Position numbers and translations under genes: made by a program. A stretch of DNA of 62,144 nucleotides, filler included, from Asterionella formosa (Eukaryota): the NCBI GenBank assembly GCA_002256025.1. It is 9 parts of 9 records of this genome, joined end to end, with 100 filler letters (N's around TTAATTAATTAA, not from the genome) between each part and the next. Parts side by side here need not be neighbours in the genome. Positions count along the whole stretch, not along the records: positions 13,869 to 20,693 come from NKIB01012597.1; positions 20,794 to 27,613 come from NKIB01012598.1; positions 27,714 to 34,523 come from NKIB01012599.1; 6 more parts are not named here. One strand, written 5' to 3'. The first letter of the stretch is position 1. Every line of letters begins with the position of its first letter. The notes under the pieces were generated by a model. It saw only the letters and a list, made by a program, of their open reading frames with translations, made no database searches and was not told the origin of the DNA. Shown piece by piece: positions 15,412-28,349 of this stretch.

Positions 15412-15830
15412 TATGACTTTCATCATGCTGAAGCGATCATTGATTGCGCCATTGAACACAATATGAAAGTGAAAGGACATGTCTTGTGTTGGCATCTTAT
15501 GACACCATCCTTCATTATGGACAATGACATGTTAACAGCAGCCAGAACAAGTAAGCAAACAACTGAAGCGACACATCTTTACCAACATGGGACATATTTG
15601 GGGACATATCATGGTTTGGAATGTTGTCAATGATGCAATGACGACAGATTGGACACTGGCAGATACAATCTTCTTGCGCAAGTTGACTTGGGGCCTACCT
15701 ATATTGAACAGCTTTTCCGATGGGCATATGAATGCTATCCGAGGTGTACCTTGCTGTACAATGATAACAAAGTTGAAGGGATTGGTACCTACAAGTCAGA
15801 GACCTTTTATCAATTGTTGGAAGATCCTGT
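15412..15830 (+). pseudogene. Glycoside hydrolase family 10 (endo-beta-1,4-xylanase-like) pseudogene fragment
   Basis: YDFHHAEAIIDCAIEHNMKVKGHVLCWH, WNVVNDA (canonical WDVVNEA) and GPTYIEQLFRWAYECYPRCTLLYNDNKVEG lie in different frames separated by frameshifts. Confidence 0.8.
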
Positions 15831-17364
15831 TAATGCTTTCGATTTGTCATGCAATGTTTTTTGCTATAGATGTGATCACTTTGGCTGATCATATTAATAT
15901 AGCAAATATTTTTGATTTAACAGATAAAGTAAGCTTTACTTGAATCGACCAATGACCCAATGACACAAAGTAAACTCTACTTGATTCAAGTAAAATGTAA
16001 TTTATCTGCCATGACAAATCAAACAATTTGTTACATCAGCCAAAGTGATCATATTTAGAGCTTGAAATCTTATTCAAACTCATGCCACAAACCATAAGCA
16101 AGAAACACATGACATGGGGTACGAAGGACCCGGAATCCTCACATGGGGTATCATGGCTGGGAGATTAACAAAGCTCAGAGTACAGTACTAGTTAGACCAT
16201 GTGCGAGCTGGTAGATAATTATTTAGCTGAGATAATGCGGTATGTTAATATATAGGAAAACCGCTAGAGCATACCAGTACTTGGCGTGAGTGGCATGAGA
16301 ATCCTTCATCATGATGTCTCAGCCTGACCTTGACCTTGACGAAAATAGCGATTATCTCCACAAACATTAAGAACAATTCTTAAGTATTTCAGCAAGATAT
16401 AGACAGTACAAACATAAGGGAATTATTCTAATAACACTTATATGGACAACGAAAATTGAAGCTGCCTATTTTATGGCGCATTTTCATGTAATTTAGAAAT
16501 GCTCAGCTTTTAAAATGATGGATGGTTTGGGAAGATTTGACACTATAAAGTAGCTGCAGAACAGACAAAACAACAAAGACTACTAATACAATAACATGAT
16601 TAATTGAAGCAAAAGATGTGAAATAAGTAATTCATTAACTTATAATTGATTGTTGTGTCAATATTGGCAATTTGTGTAGTTTTCGATGCATGTATCGGCT
16701 GACAAATGTGAAGCATGTCAAAACCTTGCTGCGATTGGGTTTTTCCCAATCTCAATTCTGAGTGTCGAAATTCCAAATTCCAGATATCTCCTCGTTTAGT
16801 ACATGCATCTCATGCTACCAGCATGAATGTACAGAAGTGCAAACGGCTGTGCTACTTATGCATCAAATGAACATGCCAGTTCACAACATGCATGCTATAC
16901 AATCATGAGGAATTTCCCATTACCCTTTAAACAAAAAAAATTATTTTCAATTTTTTTACTACTGCTGCTTAACACGTTTAACAGTTTCTTAGATAGAATA
17001 GTACACGTGTTCCTAGCTAGAAAAATTGTTGACATGTATTTGATATTCATGGCAAAATAGGTAAAATAGAAATCGGCGGAAGCAACATGGCGCTCAACCA
17101 CAACAACAATATCTCCATGATTTCTTGCCGGATCAAAAACCAAATAGTCCGGCCATACATAACCGTCTTACATCAAGTAGACATATGATCCTACAACATC
17201 AGTATTAGCTGAAAACAATTGATTTATAGTTCGTGATTTATTTGTTTACAACAGGCTTATCATCAATGTCATGATTTTTCCACTATTACCAGTACTGGCA
17301 CGACGGTCACTCACTGCACACTCAAAATCAACTATTGAACCATGTATGAAATGATATAATGACC

Positions 17365-18200
17365 TCCTCTGGAGGACGGTCCTTGTTGCATGAATGATAT
17401 ATTGATAGCATCTTATTCTATACTATGTGCCAGTGAATTGAGACGTTCAACCTGATGCGTTGATTGAATATTGTTGGAGTTATAGGGGAATCAAGATAGG
17501 GAAACCATCATTACCAAATGGTGTGGTTTTGCTATCAAATGATATAGTGACATCATCTGGAGAATGTTCCTTGTTGTATGAATGATATATTGATAGTACA
17601 TTATTCTATACTATGAGACAATGAATTGAGACGTTCAACATGATGCGTTGGTTGAATATTGAAGGTATAATAGGGGAATCAGTATTGGGAAACCAACATT
17701 AACAAATGGTGTGGTTTTGTTATGAAATTATGGATTGACATCATCTGGAGGATGGGACTTGGTGTTGCATGAATGAGATATTGATAGTAACTCATTCTAT
17801 ACTATGTGCCATTGAATTGAGACGTTCATCATGATGCGTCAGCTGAATATTAATGGACTTATAGGGGAGTCAGTATTGGGAAACCAACCTTAGCAAATGG
17901 TGCGGTTTTGTTATGAAATGATGGATTGACATCATCTGGAGGATGGTACTTGTTGCATGAATGATACATTGATAATACCTTATTCATAGTATGCACCAGT
18001 GAATTGAGACGTTCAACATGATGCGTTGGTTGAACATTGATGATGTTATAGGGGAATCAGTATTGGGAAACCAACACTACCAAATGGTGTGGTTTTGTTC
18101 TTATGAAATCATGATATACACCAAACCTCATCATGAAGATGGTACTTTTGTATGGATGATATACCATACTAGTATCCAAAACATAGACCAAGGACATCTG
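17365..18200. repeat. Tandem repeat, about 190-bp unit, about 4.3 copies
   Basis: Recurring catctggagga...gaattgagacgttca...ggggaatcagtattgggaaacca...aaatggtgtggttttg. Confidence 0.92.
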
Positions 18201-18399
18201 GAGAATGGTGACGATTGTACTAAGCAAGCCGGCTAGCTTAATGCATTATGCACAGTGCCATTACATGTCTTTCCTTATCATGGTAATATGACTGACTGAC
18301 AACATTGCTGGTCTGATGCTGATAATTAGTGAGTTTACAATGACACAACTTAGTGTCTAGCTATGACTATTTCAATTGACTTGTCGATTACTGCATGTT

Positions 18400-19640
18400 C
18401 AAATTTATTGCATTCTCATTGAGGGAAGCAAGATGTTCTTCAAACTGGCCAATTCGGCTGACCAAGAAGGATTCTCCCCACATGTTGCCAATGCAGCTGC
18501 ATTCCATTTCCTGGTCTTATTCCCTAGGTTTATTTCATCAAAGGCAGTCTCAATCATTCCAATCAGATCTTCCCTTTGTACTGAGAGAGCACACCCAACC
18601 AGCTCCTTGGCAGTTTTATCAGCTATGGCTATTTGCCTGAAATCATAAAACAGCTTTTTAATTGCAGCCTTGAGAGGTTCATTCAAAGCAATACCACACA
18701 CCTGATGAGTTGATGTCAAGCAAGCCTTCTAAGGTGTACACAAGGAAGACTTGACCTGGTACAGGTGATGAATGGTTTGTTGTCTCTAGCCAATCTGTAA
18801 TAATTGTTCCAAAATGAATTTTGGATCTATCTACAAAAACAAGCAAAGACCTTTGACATGGAAACATTTTCAATAGCCAGTCAAGATATATATTAAAAGC
18901 ATATTGAGTCATAAATGTGATTTGTTGAAAATAACTGTTGACTTTGTGTATTTGCTCCAAGAAGTCATCAGATCTGCTCCAAATGATCCAGTGTCAATGA
19001 TGAATGGTAGGAGAAGTTGTGAAGAAAGAAGGCAGACTACTAGCTGTGACTGCCAATGTGAGTCCCTTTTTCGTCATTTTCAACTGGAACCAAGAAGGAC
19101 CCTACTCGTTTTTTCCTTTTGGTACAAGTACCTTGTCCTTACCAGGGTATAAAAGAATGAAAGTCTCATCCATGTTGAAAACATTATCCACTTGGAGCTC
19201 AATGGCAGTATTGCAAATAAGTAATGATTGACTCCGGTTACTATCAGCCCATTTAACAGGAACCTTTTGTGAAATTATATTTACACGCTCAGAAAACTGA
19301 GCCCTTGAAATAACTCTTCTAGTCCATATACGAAGACTGCCAGGATCTTCAGAGTAGTTCTGTTGACCAAACCGATGTTATAGTGAAACAATTATTTCTT
19401 CAAATGAAGCAGCCGCGGCATCATCACGCTCAAATCTAGAATAGTTCATGTTGGTGACATGAATTTGCTGGAAAATATATTTTACTGGAGGTCAAAGGGT
19501 GGACCCTAGTAGAGCGGGTCCCTTTGTAGCTAGCATGTGGAATGCGGCAATTAGCAGATCCAATATATAATGCATTGTTTTCTTTGGCTCGCAATGCTGT
19601 CAATTGGGGAGAAAAATTTTGCATTTTGAAATACAATTTG
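18400..19640 (-). mobile_element. Degraded pogo/Tc1-like (DDE_1) transposase
   Basis: Minus strand NVFNMDETF, LLVFVDRSKIHFG and TSTHQVCGIALNEPLKAAIK, with frameshifts and stops. Confidence 0.72.
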
Positions 19641-20043
19641 CTTCTGGCCTCCACTTCTTTCCAGTTGTTTCACTAGTAACAAATACTTTTTAAAATGTTT
19701 TGATTTGATTAAATCCTGTCTGGTTTATTTATGGATGAGAAACAAATATTGCTTCCTCAATGGAACAATTTTCATTATACCTTCTGGGGTTGCGGGCTTG
19801 GCATTTGAAATCGATTTATAAATGTTCTCCTTTCTTAACCAGCTCCTCAGAGTTTCTGGTCTTACCATGGACCCAAAAACCGCATCAAACATGTATTGAG
19901 AGTCAACGTTATGAGTCCAAATCGGTAAAACTAAATGGCTTAGATCTCTATAACTGTATGTTCTACTTCAGAACTGATTAAATGATAGCTATCCCCATTC
20001 TATCGATTACAATAAAGTTCGTACTTGGTTCAAATTTTATCAT

Positions 20044-20300
20044 TTAAGGTTGCGGCCCTCGGCTTAACCCTAGTTTGGAGAAGAAATCGATAGGGTTGTA
20101 AAAACGGCGTGGAACAGGGAATTTTTTCTGTGTATTCCCAAGATGCAAGTATCTCCCTGAATATTTAAACTAAGTAGAAAATTGCGCCACATTGATAGAG
20201 TTCCATTTCAAAATGAATGAAGACGTTTATGTTGTATCCACCTTGCTCAATGTAGATATAATTTTACTCCCCACCAGAGCACATGTATATACTAGCTACT
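20044..20300 (+). mobile_element. Left end of non-autonomous Kolobok-like family E (TTAA|GGTTGCGGCCC)
   Basis: Homologous to 42857-43130; preceded by TTAA at 20044-20047. Confidence 0.8.
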
Positions 20301-20426
20301 ATATAGTATACCTCGAGCATGTACTGGTAGTCATCCTGCTTCTATAATACAATATTGGTTCTCCTCTCTGCAAACATCGAACAACGCAACAATCAACCAT
20401 GAGTTCTGTTGGATCTCCCCCAGTGA

Positions 20427-20693
20427 ATGCCAATCCACTTCCATACAATCATGTTCCGTGCTTCCACTTGTATTGATCGTGACATTGTCGAATCTGAAGT
20501 TGCAGGCTGTGGGAATCGCATCTTCTGCGAATGCTGTGACTTTGCATGCCCAGAGTGTCAATGTCAATGGGACGAGATGGAGGAGTTAGTTGAACAATAC
20601 ATGGAAGCAGACTTGGTTCAGCTTCGACTTGACGAAGATGTTATCACGCCGGGCCAAGGAAGAAACCTTATATACAAGTTTCTGGTCAAGATA
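20427..20693 (+). other. Small Cys-rich ORF fragment, possibly TE-associated
   Basis: CGNRIFCECCDFACPECQCQW cluster; truncated at the scaffold edge. Confidence 0.3.
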
Positions 20694-20793
20694 NNNNNNN
20701 NNNNNNNNNNNNNNNNNNNNNNNNNNNNNNNNNNNNNTTAATTAATTAANNNNNNNNNNNNNNNNNNNNNNNNNNNNNNNNNNNNNNNNNNNN
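20694..20793. other. Artificial scaffold-joining linker
   Basis: N44-TTAATTAATTAA-N44. Confidence 0.97.
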
Positions 20794-22700
20794 GAGGGTA
20801 ATGAATCCTCATTCCATGGAATAGTATGACAATATACTCTTTTACTTGGACGTTTCAGTTTTTCTTTCAAGAATGATTCTAAGAATCCATCGAAGAAGTT
20901 GATTGGTGTTCCAAATTTTTAATCAAATGAGGGTAATGAATCCTCATTCCATGGAATTCGGGTATATGGTATGCAACAGAAGAAGCCAGTTCACGTTGTT
21001 CTCCAGTTACTGTTTTTGTCACAGTCAGATATCTTCGAATTCGTTTGTCTAGGATTTCTATACACTCTTCAGTGTATTATCACATATTCAGATTGTCATT
21101 CAATGCAATACATTGATTTTCCAACTGGTCTTGACTGTTGCCAATGTAGGTACCTTTCTTGTTCTGAACGAGTATCACCAGCAGTAACAGGTATTTCCCC
21201 CAAACCATTCCTGTAAACAATTCTAGCACCCAGTCCAAATATGTTTTAGTGTATGTCACAAGCCGTGGTTCGCATTTAGCTTCTGGATTATCCGAGTTAG
21301 GAGCAGTAACTGTACAATCTCTACAGGAATGAAATCTATATTTCCCATTCCCTCCTCTAAAACCACATATTTTGTTGTGTTAGTCTGCATCACCAATTAT
21401 CATACCAATTTGAAAGTAAACCCTCATTTTACCCAATCCATGAACAAAAAATTCATAAAACTACTTGTTGGGATCGCGAAATGGTTCCAATAAAAAGCCT
21501 ATGGATCGGTGATATTGGGCTAAACGTTCTTTGCTCAAATCTGATAGATTTGAAGTTTTATTCAAGTTGCTAAATTCTAAATCATAACATTGACACCAAC
21601 TGCCATGCTTCCACCTTCTTCCTGCATTCAATAGACAAATTGGGAAATATGATTGGCAATGGATGATCAGAATGTTTTTGCATTTTGTCAATTGCGGATC
21701 CATCATCACTAAAAAGTATGATGCCCACAAATAGGTGGCCTTTTTGAGTTTCCCATTCTCTGAAGCTGGAGAATCATTAAAAGCAGAATAAAACCATTCT
21801 GCAGAAGTTGCTTCATCGTTTATGTGTATCCCACAAGTTGTGAGTTTTTCTTGTGGGGAGTAGACAAGATGTTACATGATGTCAGGATCTTGTATCATGG
21901 AACCCAGTAACAAACCAACAGGATCAAAATAATGTAGAGTGCATGATGGCAGTTGAAATCCTGAATTAGGTTCACTCTGCCATTGTTTTACCAACAACTT
22001 TCCACCACTAAGCGATGGAAGAAATGATGTGCGTGTTCATGTGTTTTTTTAATGTCTGGTGTGATGGTGCACGATCTCTTTTCTGGAAATTACCCACATC
22101 ACGGGCCATGAAAGCCCAATTCATTATATCATCAAATAATGAAAGTGGCAAGAAATTTTCGTTGAGAAATAACATAAGTTCCAACTCGATGGGATCCATA
22201 GCTAACGTTTCCATTCTGGAAATACCCAAATGTTTCGGGAGAGGAATATGTTTCGCTTGATCCAACAAAGATCCTTCATCATTCATACTAGTTTTCAACA
22301 AGCTGTATCTTTTTCCGGAAATCGAATCAATGTGTAATTTCTTTTCTTGTTCCTCTATAGCGACAGCAATATCCCACCCATCTGGGAAATTATCATTTTC
22401 TTTTGGTAATGACACATTATCAGATGATGTCGGAATGTAATCAGATCCTGTTCTGCCATTGATATCATGATTAGAAAATATTACAGAACAAAATCGCGAC
22501 GTGGTCACTATTGTTGGATCTATCTGGTATTCCTGAGAGCAAATGCGACAGCAACCAAATGGTAGAAAAGAATGATTCGAACAAATTTTTTGATGTGGTT
22601 TCGATGGTTCCCGATTTTTCCTAACATTGTACCCGCATAGTGGACACCAGGTATAGATCCGTCCTGCAACAGATGATGACATTTGTATATCTAGCAAGAC
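20794..22700 (-). mobile_element. Degraded Plavaka/EnSpm-like transposase
   Basis: N-terminal Cys/His cluster (WCPLCG..HQKIC..CCRIC), TSAEWFYSA and core IIGDAD*HNKICG...SCRDC; several stops and frameshifts. Confidence 0.58.
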
Positions 22701-22872
22701 GTCAATGTTATCCTTCTTTGCGAGTGAAGTTATTACATATTAGCAACTGGTACATGAAAATAAAAAAATGTCACAATTAGTACCGATTTTATTCGTCCGT
22801 AAGGTACAACAGGACCTGTCTTTTCGTCAGCCGTACCCCCCGGAACCCTAGGGACTATATGAAAAAGATAGG

Positions 22873-22934
22873 TGGAGAATGCAGGAATCTAACCCGCCAC
22901 CACATTGAGTGTGCTAACCACTAAGCCATTCCCC
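22873..22934 (-). ncRNA. tRNA-like element (Ala-like acceptor stem) with no proper anticodon arm; pseudo-tRNA or SINE head
   Basis: GGGGAAT...ATTCTCCA acceptor stem, box A-like TGGCTTAGTGG, T-arm GCGGG-TTAGATT-CCTGC, then TTTTT a few nt downstream. Confidence 0.6.
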
Positions 22935-24519
22935 TGGTACATGACAATATAATTACCGAAGGAGCATTCTTGCCTGTGCAACATTCGTCATCTGGAGAAA
23001 AAATCTTTGTCCAATGTAGTATGTCTACCAGTATTTTCGAATCTATCTATAACCTACCAGCATTCCTGTTTTCCCCTTGTTTCAAAAGTAACAAGTAATT
23101 TGAACTCTGAAACTGTACCTATTGCTACACTGGTACTACGAAACTGTAGCTTTGCGCTACCAATCTAATGTCTATTACTGAGTATGTCGGTTTGACATCG
23201 CTTACCAATCAAGCACTTGCTCACTGTCTAATCCTATAGTTGACAGACCATTATTCCTTTCTGCTTACTTCTCTTACAGTCATATTTCTCTTGACATTCG
23301 CACGCTATCGATAGTGCAATATATCACTTGTTATTACAAGGAATGGAATGATCTTGGTTGTGAAAGGGATACCGATCGCAGATTTTTCAATCAGGAAAAA
23401 CCTGTTTCTATGGTGTATTTCATGTCTGTTAAAGAGACAACGGAAGAGTAAGGAACAACTCTTACTGGTTAGATACTTTGATAATGAGGATGACAAAGGC
23501 AAGGAGAGACTAGATGACAGTGTCCTGGATTCTGTTCTCAACAAATTCTATGTGGTCCTAGAGTCTGGCTTGTTTAACAGAACATCATTTGGATGAGTTG
23601 ACAATAATGGAATAACATCTTCATCAGATGAGGTTATTCCTTTTTGCACATAATTTATTATTAGCATATTGTTCATAAGCATGACTTGCATGGTCAGACA
23701 GTTTTGTTAACGGTGTAACCAACCGTATTTTGTCTTTGACATGACTGGGAAGCCTTTTTTCAGAGAATTGTCATCATGATTGATGTTTTGTAACTTCTTT
23801 GAGATATGCTCTCACTCACGAACATGCTTACCAATTCGTTTTGTTCCCTTGTTTGACATGATGATAACGAAGTAGGAGTAGAATAATTGTAGATGTTTCA
23901 AATCAAAGCTCGAAACTTTATCTACCAGTACCGGTTTATTACTTCCATTTCTGGCGCACCAAAAATAAAAGTTGCCCGGTGCTAGTTGTGTTAGGTCATG
24001 AAGAATTATTGATGGATAATTAATGAAATAATGTTTCTTACTTTGAAGATGAAATCCGAGTACATAACGATATAGATACGTCATGTGTCGATCATGATCA
24101 AACTAATATTGTGTCGATATCGGTCATTCATTCTAATGTATCTTGAATACCGGTGATTTACTGTACTGTCCGAGTCATGTAAGTACCAGGTACCAGTATA
24201 CATCATAGTTATGTATTATGTACCTGGTACCAGTGGTACCTGGCTAATCCTTACCATAGATAGTATGATTACAAACATCTATACGGTTGAGGATATTCCA
24301 AGTCTTGAAAAGTTTATCTTATCATCCTTACTTGTAGGATATTGAATGCTCCTTTGAAATAGGTTATAGACATTCATAGATGTAAATAAAACATAAATTT
24401 TGAAGTATTGGAAATTTTGATAAATGATTGCGAAATTGAAGTACCTCTTATTTCACACAACCTGATGATGAAGTGAAGATCAACAGGCTCCTATCGAACC
24501 AACCTGAAAGCTTAGGCGT

Positions 24520-24900
24520 GAATGAGGATTGATACCCTGTCACCTATCAATCAACCATGAAAGGAGATGTAAGTAATATGCTCTTTACCTGTTTATCTAT
24601 GATTAATGATAGATGTGTAATACAAATGAATTCGACATTAATAATATCTCTTGTCCCTACATGCAGATGCAAGAATGAGGATTTATACCCTGTCACCTAT
24701 CAATCAACCATGAAAGGAGATGTAAGTTATATTCTCCTTACCTGTTCATCTATCATTAATGATAGATGTGTGCTACAAGGAATTCGATATTAATAATATC
24801 TCTCGCTCCTCATCCCTACCTGCAGATGCAAGAATGAGAATTTAGACCCCACCGCTTGCTACCAACCAAGCTTGAAAGGCGATGTAAGTTATATTCTCTT
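24520..24900 (+). repeat. About 150-165 bp tandem repeat, about 2.5 copies, each with GTAAGT...YAG intron-like signals
   Basis: gaatgagga...ccctgtcacctatcaatcaaccatgaaaggagatgtaagt repeated; a related copy lies on the minus strand at about 58215-58320. Confidence 0.8.
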
Positions 24901-26559
24901 TATCTTTTCATATGTCTATTGGAGCGCGAAGTTGTATTTTCTTTTAAAATATGTTTATTAAAAACCCTTGCTTGCTTGTTATTGATTCTATTGCTTCACG
25001 TTGTTACGACGTCATCTCAGTGCAATTGAGTGTAAAGAAGAGCACTTGTGATCATATATTGTGGATTGTTTTGTTGCATCTATATGGAGATGGTTCACTC
25101 ATTGCAACACTTTCGCTAACATTGTTCTTATCCTCTACAGTAAAATCAGATAAAGAGGTTAAAAAATATGAGTTTGCTGTCATTCTTAATCTTAATGGTG
25201 GAATTTTGAATGCTACATCAGCAATTTCGATGACTCTTTCATTTCATCGTCTTTACGAATGTCAAAGTGAATGATAGATGTCACTAAAACGAAAGGAATC
25301 AACGATGAAATATGTGCTCATTCTGTTAAAGGATGTGAAGTGGGAACGGATCATGTTGCACGCAGAAAGCATATAAAATCAAATAGCGATCCATGTAACG
25401 CGACTTTTCTAGATCGTTGATCAAACATCATAGTATGTTTGACCAAAAGTATGATTGCTTTAGATCTGTAGAAGAAATTAATGTGTAAGGTCGAAAGCTA
25501 AGTATCATTTGATCAAACAGTCCAAATGTTAGCTAGATCAATAGATCAATTGACTTCATCAAACGGTTGTTATCATTAGATCGTAAGTTGGAACATGACT
25601 TGATAAAAAGTAACGGTTCTGTATTAACGATGATGCCAGTTTTGGAATGATTAATTTTTGCGTGCAAATATGATGAATAGATTGAATGTATAATACTAAG
25701 GGAACACTACTACCTGATGCAACAGCAAAAACTGTTTGATAAAAGAACAGTACTGTGTATGCAATCATCCATAAATATATTTATGATAAAACACCCAAAA
25801 TGTTATCGATCAATAAATCAATAACTAGTAATGCATGATAATCAACTTACTCCGATAATTTTGTGGCAGTCGACAATTAAGCAAAAGTGTGGACTCCACA
25901 GATAACTGTCTAGTCTGCAACGCTGATTACACAGCATCCGGAGTTCCAGTCATCATGTATCGTCCAGCAGCAAATGAGATAGAGGAAATCACATTAAATG
26001 AGATATGTTGAACAATGCGAAAGAGCATCGATGCACTAATAGGATACCAATTTAAAGCGGCAGGACAGGCAAGCTTCACAGCCTCATCAATATTAGATCA
26101 CCAGACGCAGACAAGAGAGACCACAACAACACTATTGGAGATCAGTATTACTATCAAAGAATTAGTCAAGATTCTAGCTGGCTTGTGTATAAGTATGTGA
26201 AGCGAAACCAGGCAGAGATCGGAATTCTTTACACAGGCAATGTCCCCAACCACAGACTCCAATCCAGAATCATGCAATTACACATCCGATGAGGAAGCAG
26301 GCAGCATCACCTGAGGACATGGAGGCAATAAAAAAATTGAAAGGAGCGACACGGCAACATGGCACATGGCTCACAGAGCACTGAAATAGGCCAAGAAAAC
26401 CATTGCAAAATACAGGTCAAACTCCACGTCACCATCCATAGAAGATTCCGACACAGAGCAGTCAGAAGACCAAGACCACAAGAGCCTTTACAAACTGGCT
26501 TAATCAAGGCACAAAAACGGAATTCCGAGTAAGAGCCCAGAAAGCTAAGCAAACAATGA

Positions 26560-27100
26560 AATGCGAGTTCTCGACGATTTAGATCATGCCTGCAGCGTTG
26601 GACTACTACACCAGGGGGAATGGCAATGCATGGGGCGGGTCTAACCGGAAAATATTGCAGAAGAGCAGAGAAGGAAACAGGGGAGGATCCCTCAGGCGTG
26701 GGTCCCTAGAGTTATATGAATCTTAAAGGCAAGAATGGTGTCAGCATCACAGCATATAGAGTTTCACAGGCCTCTATGCCGCAACATGGCGAGGGGATCT
26801 CCTACCACCAGCAGCACATGGTGATGTCCAAGAAAGGAATGCAAAGCCCAAATCCGAGAACTCAACATGTCAAAGATATCATACAGTTCATTCAAGCCCT
26901 AGAACAAGACAACAAAGGGAGTCTTACTCGTGCTTGACACAAATGAGGAAATTGGCTCAACCTCCTTGGGAATATCAACCATTCTAAACAAATGCTCAAT
27001 CATAGATTTACTTCGCCATTGACACCAAGAAATTCGAAGTCCGGTTACCTACAACAGAGGAACCAAAACTCTAGATTATATTCTGGGAAGTGCACTTTGC
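26560..27100 (+). mobile_element. Non-LTR retrotransposon (Ambal/L1-like) AP-endonuclease remnant
   Basis: DPSG...ITAYRV...SYHQQ...NPRTQHVKD...DTNEE...PVTYNRGTKTLDYILG pattern, with stops and frameshifts. Confidence 0.75.
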
Positions 27101-27613
27101 TGAGATGCGGTCGAATGAGGAGGTAAATTACAATTTTACAAGAACATTCAAGTGGACCACAGAGCTCTATGATGTGCATAGATAAAGTAAAAGAATGTAT
27201 AACTGCATTTGCGCGAAGGTCGTCATATTCCACCTATTTGATAATATATATTTTTGATCATTTATGGTTTATCTACGTATATTGTACCGGTATACTATAT
27301 AGTCTAGGACATCATTCATTGATAGACTATTTTACTATCTATGTATATTCCAATGGAAAATTAGCAAACCACCGTGGATCCTCTAGAGTATTTTGGATCT
27401 CTCGAGTTTTCATCGCAGATATCACTGACATGGCTTGAACCTGAGCTATGTTTTGATATGTTTTCCTGGAGTGATGGACATCACTACTCAAGGGCTCAAA
27501 ATATTCCTTTGCGTATGTCATGTCAAAGACTGGAATAATGCCATCCACTAGTGGACCGAGGCGCTGAGAAATAGAGGCTGAAAAAGATTCAATGTTGAAA
27601 TTGTGTATTGCTC

Positions 27614-27713
27614 NNNNNNNNNNNNNNNNNNNNNNNNNNNNNNNNNNNNNNNNNNNNTTAATTAATTAANNNNNNNNNNNNNNNNNNNNNNNNNNNNNNN
27701 NNNNNNNNNNNNN
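27614..27713. other. Artificial scaffold-joining linker
   Basis: N44-TTAATTAATTAA-N44. Confidence 0.97.
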
Positions 27714-28349
27714 CTGGAGGGAAGCCTGGAGGGATATGCACATGATTGTAGCCAGCCCGTAACCGTTGAATTTTCGTGATACTTTTTGGGTGATACAATT
27801 TCATTTTTATTTTTGTGGAGAATGGATTTTTTCGGTTTAAATCGAGTAGCCGTTACATGATACTTTTTCAAAAAAATGATACCAAATCGAAAATGATAAG
27901 AACGACCCTTAATCAGGGCAGAAAAATGGGGAGTTTTGTCTCCCCCAAAATTGTACTATCAAGAAAAGAGGACGCTTGTACAAACCGCATGTTTGTTTGA
28001 TCCTGTGAATCATTTGTCGTCATCTGCACATATGTAGCGGTATCAGGTACCGGTATACCAGTATTTTGTTCGGCCAATAGTAAGTACCGGTACCGGTAGG
28101 TATCAGGGTACCAGTTACCGGTTCTCCGTTCCAAATAGATGGTACACCAGGTACCAGGTACCGTACCGGTACCAGGTATTATGTTTGAGACCCGTGGGAA
28201 TGATGTACCAGGGTACTGGTACCCTGGTACCAGGTACCAAGTGTTGCGAAAATCGAACGACAGCCATAGAACATACCGGTGAAGTCATAATATTGTAGCT
28301 CACCTTTGTTAATGACAAGGCTCCCCTCAACAACCTGCACCTATCATAG

